25,807 nt of DNA, taken from assembly GCA_016215335.1 (NCBI GenBank), contig JACRKE010000031.1, forward strand, positions 1 to 25,807. Direction: 5' to 3'. The number at the start of each line of letters is the position of its first letter. Position 1 is the stretch's first letter. A program made the position numbers and the translations under genes. A model generated the notes under the pieces. It was not told the DNA's origin, did no database searches, and saw nothing but the letters and a program-made list of their open reading frames with translations. This document shows positions 7,007-13,794 of the stretch, piece after piece. This DNA comes from Candidatus Vogelbacteria bacterium. GTDB lineage: Bacteria; Patescibacteriota; Minisyncoccia; Phycocordibacterales; JACRKE01.

Positions 7007-8269
7007 TCAGTGTCCCTTTCTTTCCAAAGAGAACCAGTCAATATTTCTTGTCGCGTACATAGCGCCGCCGAGAAGAATAAACATTAGGAGCGAACCTGCG
7101 ACTAATGCATAGTCTTCAAGTTGAAGTATGAGATATAGATAGCCGTATAGTAGGACGAGAATGATACTAATGAGGAATGCCCGGTTGCCACTCTTCAGTA
7201 CGAATGAACTGTACGATCCTACGAGACATGCGGTCATTATCGTGGCAAGCAAGTAGGCAGTGGGGAAACCAAGCCATTCAGAGAAAGAGAGTAGGAGAAG
7301 ATAAAATAGTGCAAGAGCGGCGCCGATAAGCAGGTATTGAATAGGGTGAACGCGCACACCACCAAGAACATCGAACAAAAAGAATGCGGCGAATGTAATG
7401 AGAATGAAGAGTATGGCGTACTTTACACTACGCAAAGTCATGTCGTATATGTCGATCACTTGAAGCAAATCAACGCCCGCCGCAGATAGCAAAACTTGGT
7501 CGAAATAAACCTCTGTTGTTTTGAAAGATTGCGGATAGGAACGGCCGAAAGATGAGACCTGCCATCCAGCTTTGAAACCATCTTTATTTACTGTCTGCGA
7601 TGAGGGCAGGAACGCGCCTACGAATTTTGGCGACGGCCAGGCAGATTCAAGCGCGATCTTTGTTTCTCTTCCAAGCGGGATGAAAGAAAATCCTTCACTA
7701 CCTTTGAGTTCGACTTCGAAAGAGAAAGGAACTGTTTTTGTGGTTCGAGTAAGTGGAACTGTGCTGTGCAGTCCCGACATGCCGTATAGATTAACTCCCG
7801 CACCCGGTTCCAAAGGCAAACTCGTACCATTCCAATTAATAGACATTTGCCGTTCTATGCCTCTGGTGTCAGATATGGCAACTGTCAAGAGAGCATTCGA
7901 GTCGTTATCAAATACTGCTTTTATATCTGACGCGTTGAATTCACCAGTCACGACATTCGTGCTCTTGTAGACGACGGTTTTAAAGATGCCTCGTGATCGC
8001 ACTTCAGGCAGTAGTTTGGTTTCATATTTTAGCGAGTGGGGAAGCACAAATTCGTTCTGTGTGGCTCCTGCGACAATACTTTTTTTCACAAGCATTGGTC
8101 CGCTAAGAGTTTGACGCCCACCCCAGATAAGAGCAATTTCGTTTGAGGCCTCGAGTCCCCGGTCTTGACGCTCAGAGACGAGCCCCATAACCGCAAAGCT
8201 TGCAATCAAACAAGCACCCCCAATAATGGCGATAGCTAGAACCTTCAAGGTGATAGAGTCGTTTTGCAT
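7007..8269 (-). CDS. creD: CreD-family cell envelope integrity inner-membrane protein.
   Basis: The 420-aa ORF starts at ATG 8269. It has an N-terminal TM, a periplasmic domain, then a multi-TM C-terminus. Matches to E. coli CreD: 'AWPSPKFVGAFLPSSQTVNKDGFKAGWQVSS' against 'NWPHPSFLGDFLPAKREISESGFQAHWQSS'; 'KYAILFILITFAAFFLFDVL' against 'KYAILLIALTFMAFFVFETL'; 'HPIQYLLIGAALALFYLLLLSFSE' against 'HPMQYLLVGLSLVMFYLLLLALSE'; 'TRNIDWF' against 'TRNIDWY'. Confidence 0.8.
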   Translation of the reverse strand: MQNDSITLKVLAIAIIGGACLIASFAVMGLVSERQDRGLEASNEIALIWGGRQTLSGPMLVKKSIVAGATQNEFVLPHSLKYETKLLPEVRSRGIFKTVVYKSTNVVTGEFNASDIKAVFDNDSNALLTVAISDTRGIERQMSINWNGTSLPLEPGAGVNLYGMSGLHSTVPLTRTTKTVPFSFEVELKGSEGFSFIPLGRETKIALESAWPSPKFVGAFLPSSQTVNKDGFKAGWQVSSFGRSYPQSFKTTEVYFDQVLLSAAGVDLLQVIDIYDMTLRSVKYAILFILITFAAFFLFDVLGGVRVHPIQYLLIGAALALFYLLLLSFSEWLGFPTAYLLATIMTACLVGSYSSFVLKSGNRAFLISIILVLLYGYLYLILQLEDYALVAGSLLMFILLGGAMYATRNIDWFSLERKGH

Positions 8270-8356
8270 TTAGATAGTATAACGTAATAAGATCGCCATA
8301 GGTTACAAAAATAAGGATTTAGGCCTCCTGATCGACTACTGGATAAGTATAGTTTT

Positions 8357-8393
8357 CCTAGTCGTCCAACGACTTAGTCGTTGGACGACTAGG
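8357..8393. repeat. Perfect 37-bp palindrome (18-bp arms): CCTAGTCGTCCAACGAC-T-TAGTCGTTGGACGACTAGG.
   Basis: Read directly. It lies 4 nt downstream (minus-strand sense) of the stop of the TspO fragment. No flanking T-run on either side, so it is not a canonical intrinsic terminator. Confidence 0.5.
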
Positions 8394-8397
8394 ACAT

Positions 8398-8619
8398 TTA
8401 GTTGAGCATCCAAATAGCGTAGTTTAGATAAAGGGCGAAAGTAACCCAAGCAAGATAGGGCAGAAGGAACCAGGCGGCGGGTCTAGAGATTTTATAAAAT
8501 GTAACGACTGTTGCAAGAATGGCAAGCCAGAGGAGTACTATTTCGACAAGCGCACCACCAGGACTCTGTAGGCCGAAAAAGATAAGATGATTTCCATTCG
8601 GGTGTACAATAAGATTTGC
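8398..8619 (-). pseudogene. tspO: TspO/MBR-family (tryptophan-rich sensory protein) C-terminal fragment; truncated remnant.
   Basis: A minus-strand frame with no start codon is bounded upstream by TAA at 8620-8622. It reads 'ANLIVHPNGNHLIFFGLQSPGGALVEIVLLWLAILATVVTFYKISRPAAWFLLPYLAWVTFALYLNYAIWMLN*'. This matches the last two TM helices of TspO (compare 'LFFGL.SP..AL..I.LLW......I.AF....R.AA.LL.PYL.WV.FA..LN..IWRLN'). The roughly 90 N-terminal residues are absent, and the upstream frame 'MDNINIEKEKKGCSTHLDIHKN*' is unrelated. Confidence 0.55.
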
Positions 8620-8693
8620 TTAGTTCTTGTGAATGTCTAAATGAGTGGAACAACCCTTCTTTTCTTTCTCAATATTTATATTGTCCATTAGAA

Positions 8694-9107
8694 TCAAACT
8701 ATTTTATTCAAATCTCTGTTCACCACTGTAGGCTTCATTCCTATTAGTTCGTCATAAAGCATTCCTTCTGGTATAGGATTCCAGAGAAATATTTTCTTTT
8801 TCAATTCCCATGCTTTGAAGATTTCGAGAAAAGTGGCACCACCTATGTAATTTTCCTGACCATTCTTTTCGCAGTTGAACACGAGCACGGCCTCATTCAT
8901 TGTGACTTTTTCAATTTGTTTATCCAGCATACTGGCTTTCCATTCAGAATATTTGTCGGGAGTGAGTGTCTCTTTCATTCGTGCCCCGCAACCAGGGTCA
9001 TCATAACAATTCGGCGGTGTAATCTCGTGCCCTACGCGCTTGAGTTCGTCCACATGCGAACGAATCTTGTCATATAAATGTCGACTGGCGCATACAAAAA
9101 TTTTCAT
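8694..9107 (-). CDS. Nucleoside 2-deoxyribosyltransferase-like small Rossmann-fold protein (tentative).
   Basis: About 137 aa from ATG 9107. The ORF-track start at 9131 is TTG. 'MKIFVCASRHLYDKI...' and 'ENYIGGATFLEIFKAWELKKKIFLWNP' resemble the N-terminal 'MKIYLAGP.F' and the 'DSGTAFE[IL]GYA.ALGKPV' motif of the PF05014 family. The call rests on motif memory only. Confidence 0.4.
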   Translation of the reverse strand: MKIFVCASRHLYDKIRSHVDELKRVGHEITPPNCYDDPGCGARMKETLTPDKYSEWKASMLDKQIEKVTMNEAVLVFNCEKNGQENYIGGATFLEIFKAWELKKKIFLWNPIPEGMLYDELIGMKPTVVNRDLNKIV

Positions 9108-9357
9108 GTTCAGATTATTGCAGTGGTTCAATAATAGTTGCAGACAATTTAAATAAATTATGATTATATGGCTTTTTTCTTTGCTCCAACGGTAGGAATT
9201 TCTCCCTTGACTAAATTTTTGTTCTTACAAAAGTTTCTCTCGGCACCAGCTCACGATTCCGCAAGCTTGCGGGACAATGTTCCGTTGTTCGAAACCCTGC
9301 CTGTGGCAGGCAGGTCCACCAACCGCCAGTTGTTAGAAGTACTGTTTGAAAAATAGG

Positions 9358-9727
9358 CTCCGCGGCCAGGATTCGAACCTGGGACCAACTCCTTACACTT
9401 ATTCCACTGTTACTAGTGGGGTGGACTATATCATCTTCCTCTTGGGAAGCGAGGCGCTTCGTCCCGCCTATGGCGGGACTACTCCCTTACGGGATAGTCT
9501 CTACACCTGCCAGACTGTCTGAAAACTGACCCTGAAGCCTTGCTTCCAGATGGATTTGGAAGCAAGGCTCCTCATTTTCTGACAGTCCAGATTGGTTCGG
9601 GATTGCCCACCTCGCCATCGGCGGAGTTAGGGTTTCCCCGAGTTCACCTCGTTTTTCAAACTCGATTGCTCGAGTAAGCTGCAATTTACTTTACAGGGAG
9701 CCGCTCTACCAGCTGAGCTACCGCGGA
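9358..9727 (-). tRNA. tRNA gene interrupted by a group I intron in the anticodon loop. The most consistent reading is tRNA-Asn(GUU); 5' exon 9727..9693, 3' exon 9395..9358.
   Basis: The 5' exon reads TCCGCGG-TA-GCTC-AGCTGGTA-GAGC-G-GCTCC-CUGU. The 3' exon reads UAA-GGAGT-TGGTC-CCAGG-TTCGAAT-CCTGG-CCGCGGA-G(CC). Together they give a 73-nt cloverleaf with a perfect 7-bp acceptor stem, D-stem, anticodon stem with G27-U43, and T-arm GGTTCGAATCC. Canonical group I junctions (5' exon ending in U, intron ending in G) give the anticodon loop CUGUUAA, i.e. GUU. P1 is then C32-G, U33-A, G34-C, U35.G plus two intron A-U pairs. The contiguous 5' text 'CUGUAAA' mimics a Tyr(GUA) loop, but that junction would place A at -1. 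Confidence 0.6.
9396..9692 (-). ncRNA. Group I self-splicing intron (~297 nt) inside the tRNA anticodon loop; no homing-endonuclease ORF.
   Basis: The conserved core elements are present in order in the RNA sense. P-like is 'AAAUUGCAGC'. Q-like is 'GGGCAAUCC', with GCAA pairing UUGC to form P4. R-like is 'GUGUAGAGACUAUCC' (consensus GUUCACAGACUAAA). S-like is 'AAGAUGAUAUAGUCCAC' (consensus AAGAUAUAGUCC), with P7 as AGACUA/UAGUC. The intron ends in G (omegaG, 9396) and is preceded by an exon U (9693). The only ORF inside (65 aa) has no homing-endonuclease features. Confidence 0.65.
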
Positions 9728-9840
9728 GCTTATTTTTCAAGCACATACGTTGGAATGAATTGTGGAATGTCCTTGTTTTAGCTGTGCCAAAACGTTCTGT
9801 TATATTAGCAAACAAAATCTTCAAAATCAAAGATTTAGTC

Positions 9841-9871
9841 TTGCAAATTATAACCACATAGCTCTTAATAT
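9841..9871 (+). promoter_or_regulatory. Putative sigma70-like promoter for the flp gene (-35 TTGCAA, 18-nt spacer, -10 TTAATA/TAATAT).
   Basis: The hexamers were read from the sequence about 50 nt upstream of the GGAGG ribosome-binding site and the ATG at 9921. It is a weak match. Confidence 0.25.
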
Positions 9872-9920
9872 TCGAAGATGGGATTATGTGTACTCGGCTC
9901 AAACGTTGGAGGATGAATAG

Positions 9921-10121
9921 ATGATAACTTTCAGAAAGGCTCGAAAGACAGGGGAGACGGGGCAAGGTTTGGTAGAGTATGCGCTCATTCTAGCCACAAT
10001 CGCAGTGGTCGCGATAGGAGTTATGAGTCTTCTTGGCGTAAAGCTATCAGTCCTTTTGGGACGAACGGCAGACGCGATCGCGCCTCTTTCGTCTGAAGAA
10101 TCAGCACCACCACTCGAATAA
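9921..10121 (+). CDS. flp: Flp/Fap-family type IVb pilin subunit.
   Basis: The 66-aa ORF starts at ATG 9921, preceded by GGAGG (spacer about 8 nt). It carries the Flp motif 'GQGLVEYALILATIAVVAI' (G-x-x-x-x-E-Y processing site followed by a hydrophobic helix). Confidence 0.75.
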   Translation: MITFRKARKTGETGQGLVEYALILATIAVVAIGVMSLLGVKLSVLLGRTADAIAPLSSEESAPPLE

Positions 10122-10123
10122 CA

Positions 10124-10170
10124 GCCCCCAGGCGGCAGCTTAGCTGTCGTCTGGGGGCCTAACTGTATTT
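10124..10170 (+). terminator. Terminator hairpin after flp.
   Basis: GCCCCCAGGCGGCAGC-tta-GCTGTCGTCTGGGGGC forms a 16-bp stem with two G.U pairs. It sits 3 nt after the flp stop, followed by CTAACTGTATTT. The high-GC stem stands out in a low-GC context. Confidence 0.45.
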
Positions 10171-10247
10171 ACTCATTTTACATAACATTAAAAATATAAT
10201 GGCAAAGTGAAAGTGTGGATTTAAGAGTGTGGGGTTGCGTAGACTAC

Positions 10248-10276
10248 TTTCCTTTTACATCATTGTGTTGTATAAT
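10248..10276 (+). promoter_or_regulatory. Putative promoter for the hydrolase gene (perfect -10 TATAAT at 10271-10276; weak -35 TTTCCT with 17-nt spacer).
   Basis: TATAAT lies 21 nt upstream of ATG 10297. Read directly from the sequence. Confidence 0.35.
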
Positions 10277-10296
10277 TCTAGCGTAACAAATTAGCC

Positions 10297-11088
10297 ATGG
10301 AATCAGTCAAAATAGACACAGAAGACGGGTTCATTTTGGATGCGGATTATTATCCCGGAACTGGATCTTTGGGCGTAATTTATACCCATGGAGCAACATC
10401 ACATCGCGGCCGCGAGCGTTTTTTTGAGCGGGCTGCGCGCGAACTTTCATCTAAGGGCGTTCACTGTCTCTTCTTCGATTTCAGAGGGCATGGTAAGAGC
10501 GGGGGAGATTCGGCCAAGGATTTCAAACTTTCGGGAGTGTTGAAAGACCTGGCAGCAGCAGTTGATTTTCTTAAGTCAAAGGGTATGAAAACTCTCGGAC
10601 TTGCCGGCGCATCTTTCGGAGCCAGTGTCTCTTCCATATATGCTTCTAAAAACAACGGTACAGTCGGTGCATTAATGCTTGTAAATCCGGTATTGAATTT
10701 CCATACCGCGTTTTTTGAACCCACCACCGAGAATTCGCGCATGCTGTTTAGCGCCGTGCACAAGACTCTAGAGACAGAAGAGTATTTCGAAATGCCATGG
10801 AACAATTTTAGGTTGGGGAGACCCGCTTTTGAGGAACTGCGCATGAAGCTTCCTGAACACGATCCTATTTTATCACTTGATTCTTACAAAGGCCCTCTCC
10901 TTATTGTTCACGGCAACAAAGACAGAACGATTGACCACAATGAGACATTGGATTATTTCAACAGAATAAAAAGCAATAACAAAAGATTCATCACCATAAA
11001 TGGCGCAGACCATAGTTTCCTTGGTGAGCCCGGCCAGACAGAGGTAACTGACATTGCAATAAAGTTTTTCTCGGATAATCTATCCTAG
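10297..11088 (+). CDS. Alpha/beta-fold hydrolase.
   Basis: 263 aa. Nucleophile elbow 'GASFG' (GxSxG), an HG-like 'YTHGATSH' near the N-terminus, and a C-terminal 'GADHSF' catalytic His region. Length and motif order are typical of the alpha/beta hydrolase superfamily. Confidence 0.7.
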   Translation: MESVKIDTEDGFILDADYYPGTGSLGVIYTHGATSHRGRERFFERAARELSSKGVHCLFFDFRGHGKSGGDSAKDFKLSGVLKDLAAAVDFLKSKGMKTLGLAGASFGASVSSIYASKNNGTVGALMLVNPVLNFHTAFFEPTTENSRMLFSAVHKTLETEEYFEMPWNNFRLGRPAFEELRMKLPEHDPILSLDSYKGPLLIVHGNKDRTIDHNETLDYFNRIKSNNKRFITINGADHSFLGEPGQTEVTDIAIKFFSDNLS

Positions 11089-11112
11089 GTGGATACCTAA
11101 TACACTATAGTC

Positions 11113-11985
11113 ATGCAACACAATCTCACGAAGGAGCCCGTACTTGAAAAACATAGTTTAACGCAACACACATTGCGTTATATATTGCTACCGTTTTTAA
11201 ACTACCTAATTCCAAAAGAAACTCTAATACGAGGTATAAGTAAACTATCTGATGCCGGAGAACAGGCCATCTCTCGCTCCGGCTCGAGTCACGCCATGGA
11301 GTCTTTCTATGATCGCGGAAAAGACAAAAAGAATATATCCGCGAAAGCGCGAGAATATATCTCGTATCACGTCTTAAACGCGACCAAATCAACTCGCAAC
11401 AGACTTAAGATTGTCGAGAATGCTATTGCTCGTGAGCTTGTAGAGAGAGAGGCTTCTGGTCTAAACACAACGATCGTAACTCTCGGCGGTGGTACATGTC
11501 GATCGTTAATCGATGTTATGGATTATCTTGTAGAGAATAAGGAGCGTCCAAAATTGCATATAGTAAACATTGACTTAGATGCGACAGCTTTAGAGCGTGC
11601 AAAAGTTATAACGGATGAGAAAAAACATGGAGAGCATTTCAAATGGGTCAGAGGCAATGCAGTTGACGCACTTTCGTTTGTTCCAAAGCAGAGTGTTAAT
11701 ATTGTAGAGCTCATAGGGCTTTTAGAGTACCTTAATAAGGATGACGCATTAAATGTTATAAAAACAGCTTACGGCCTTTTGGGCGATGGGGGACTGCTTG
11801 TTGCCGCTAATGTGAGACCAAATGACGAGAGAAGATTCTATGAAAGAATCGGCTGGCCAACAATGCATTATAGGACCAAAGAGGAATTTGTTGATCTCAT
11901 TAGAAGTGCCGGCTTTAACGCCTCAAACATTAAAATAACAGTTGAGCCTCTTAAGATGCATAATATAGCTCTAGTTAGGAAATAA
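11113..11985 (+). CDS. Class I SAM-dependent methyltransferase.
   Basis: 290 aa. Motif I-like 'VTLGGGTCRSL' and acidic motif II 'VNIDLD'. The substrate is unknown, and the true start may be further downstream. Confidence 0.6.
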   Translation: MQHNLTKEPVLEKHSLTQHTLRYILLPFLNYLIPKETLIRGISKLSDAGEQAISRSGSSHAMESFYDRGKDKKNISAKAREYISYHVLNATKSTRNRLKIVENAIARELVEREASGLNTTIVTLGGGTCRSLIDVMDYLVENKERPKLHIVNIDLDATALERAKVITDEKKHGEHFKWVRGNAVDALSFVPKQSVNIVELIGLLEYLNKDDALNVIKTAYGLLGDGGLLVAANVRPNDERRFYERIGWPTMHYRTKEEFVDLIRSAGFNASNIKITVEPLKMHNIALVRK

Positions 11986-11999
11986 TCTATTTCGAATAA

Positions 12000-13631
12000 C
12001 TATTCAGGCTGAATGGTTGGCACAGTGGAACCACGTCTGCGTGCGTCTGCCACGAAATCATCATCGCTCGGTCCCTTGTGGGGCATAGAGAACTCATCCC
12101 CCGTAAACTTTGTGTAAAGACTCATTCCGTTTAATGTTGTGCCGAATATGCCAGCGTACCCGGCTGTCGCGTTGCAGAAAAAGAAATTCTTGAATGGCGT
12201 CTCCATTGGCAATCTCTTTGGTCCTATCTGGAATGGGGTACATGGCTCGCCGTATGATGTTCCGTTCGGTGCGTTCACCCACTCTTCGTTGGTTGTTGGG
12301 CTTCCTACAACTTTGACTACGATGTGCTCTCGAATGTCTGGTATGAAGTGTTTCTCGACTAGGTCAAGTAGATTCTCTGCAAGCTCCATCTTTTTCGCTT
12401 CATACGCCTTGTAATCTCTATCACGCAGATCTTTCCAGTCTGCATATTCTGTGTAAGTGCCTATTTCCATAATCTGATGACCGTCAGGTGCGACACCGGG
12501 TTCGCTGCTGTGATGGGTCGGCATTGAAATAAAGAAGAAAGGTTTGCTGAAATCGCCAGCAGTCTGATCCTTCCAGATCTGATTCATGCTCCACTGTTCC
12601 ATGTGCCAAATATTGCCATTAGTTAGATTGTACTTTTCGTAATCGAAATCCTTGAGTCCCAAATACATCATTATGTTCGATCCGGAATAGTCGTAAGCCA
12701 ATTTTTTACGGTAAGACTTATTGAATTTATCGAGCCCGATTATTTGAGCCGCTTTTTGAGGGTCCATGTTACATACTATTGTTCGGGCCGCAAACTTTCT
12801 TCCTTCTTCTGTTTCAACGCCGGTGACACGATTGCCCGACGTTTCTATTTTTGTGACTTTGCTTTTGTAGAAAATATGACACCCTCGATGATCGGTAATA
12901 GATTCTGCTATTGAATCAAAGTAATACTTGTAATGTTTGGTCGGATAGTATGCGCCTGTATTGTAACCGCAAAAAAGTCCTACATACGAAAATATAGAAA
13001 GCTTCTCGGGAGGCAACATGAAGTCAGCGGCATTTGCAGAGAGCACTGCCTGCGCTTCTTTGCTCAATTTACATTCATCGTATACGTCCTGCAGGGTGCT
13101 GTTTTTGTACTTAAGCAGTGTAAAATATCGCCAACCCTTTGTGATGTATTCCCACCACCTTATTCTCTTGTCCGGAAGTCTTAGAAGTTCTTCTCGAATC
13201 TTCTGCATTATATGCACAAACTTGTTAACTTGTTCTCGATTGTCCGGATAGGCCTTTTCTATATTATCCACTAGATTCTCAAATCCGTATGGGATACCGA
13301 CTATCTTTCCATCCGGCATGCTCATACGATCGTATCCGTTCGGATCGAACAATTCAAAGGTGATTTTTTTGTTAAGGCCGATTTTTTTTAAAAATTCGTA
13401 AATTCTGCCCCCTTGCCCGCTTGGCATTAGAGCCGGACCGCACCCCCAAATATAGTGTACTTGAGCGCAAAAATAGAAATCCCCCCATTTGAAAGAATGA
13501 GCGTAGCCCCCGGGAATATCATGGGCTTCGAGCATGCAAACTTTCTTGCCGGCATTCGCAAGGAGCGCTGCTGCTGTTAAAGCTGAATTACCGGTTCCGA
13601 TGAAGAGATAGTCGTATTTGTAGTCGTCCAT
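12000..13631 (-). CDS. FAD/NAD(P)-dependent oxidoreductase, phytoene-desaturase (CrtI)/amine-oxidase superfamily.
   Basis: The N-terminal dinucleotide-binding fold is 'DYLFIGTGNSALTAAALLANAGKKVCMLEAHDIPGGYAHSF' (GxGxxG ... E ... GG). Length is about 543 aa from ATG 13631. The ORF-track start at 13670 is TTG, and its extra 13 aa 'MKFVLFSLYWVKK' are probably not translated. Confidence 0.7.
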   Translation of the reverse strand: MDDYKYDYLFIGTGNSALTAAALLANAGKKVCMLEAHDIPGGYAHSFKWGDFYFCAQVHYIWGCGPALMPSGQGGRIYEFLKKIGLNKKITFELFDPNGYDRMSMPDGKIVGIPYGFENLVDNIEKAYPDNREQVNKFVHIMQKIREELLRLPDKRIRWWEYITKGWRYFTLLKYKNSTLQDVYDECKLSKEAQAVLSANAADFMLPPEKLSIFSYVGLFCGYNTGAYYPTKHYKYYFDSIAESITDHRGCHIFYKSKVTKIETSGNRVTGVETEEGRKFAARTIVCNMDPQKAAQIIGLDKFNKSYRKKLAYDYSGSNIMMYLGLKDFDYEKYNLTNGNIWHMEQWSMNQIWKDQTAGDFSKPFFFISMPTHHSSEPGVAPDGHQIMEIGTYTEYADWKDLRDRDYKAYEAKKMELAENLLDLVEKHFIPDIREHIVVKVVGSPTTNEEWVNAPNGTSYGEPCTPFQIGPKRLPMETPFKNFFFCNATAGYAGIFGTTLNGMSLYTKFTGDEFSMPHKGPSDDDFVADARRRGSTVPTIQPE

Positions 13632-13794
13632 TTTTTTGACCCAGTATAAGCTGAAGAGAACAAATTTCAAAGTGTGACTGTTTTTTCTCGGAATCAGAAT
13701 AATTCCACATCTTTCGTTATGCTCCTTTTATTTGAGATGCTACAATTCTTAGCGAGTACATAAATATATAGTCCAATCATACAGAAACATATTC

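Noticed and set aside
9132-9357. Possible structured RNA or tRNA-like element downstream of the tRNA (hairpins CCGCAAGCTTGCGG and CCTGCCtgtgGCAGGCAGG, a TTCGAA-containing segment) and the 62-aa ORF 9168..9356.
   Set aside because: I could not fold a cloverleaf or match SRP or tmRNA core motifs. The ORF has no start context. It is more likely the promoter or 3' processing region of the tRNA and the leader of the 8694..9107 gene.
9487-9684. 65-aa ORF inside the tRNA intron, considered as a possible homing endonuclease.
   Set aside because: It is too short, has no LAGLIDADG, GIY-YIG or HNH motif, and overlaps the conserved intron core helices. It is a chance ORF.
9358-9727. Reading the tRNA as tRNA-Tyr(GUA), because the 5' exon continues as the Tyr-like anticodon loop CUGUAAA.
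   Set aside because: That junction would place A at the 5' splice site and A or U at the intron 3' end, violating group I U(-1)/omegaG rules. The tRNA also has a short 5-nt variable loop, whereas bacterial tRNA-Tyr is class II with a long arm. The Asn(GUU) junction satisfies both. This remains a sequence-only inference.
13632-13670. N-terminal extensions given by the ORF track from GTG/TTG starts (oxidoreductase 13670, HPF 15779, priA 20258, murA 20284, 8694..9131, 25244).
   Set aside because: In each case an internal ATG gives an N-terminus matching the family's conserved start (e.g. the Rossmann fold beginning 'MDDYKYDYLFIGTG'). The extensions are hydrophobic or low-complexity and lack an SD. 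I kept GTG only where a good SD supports it (2834, 23435, 25262).
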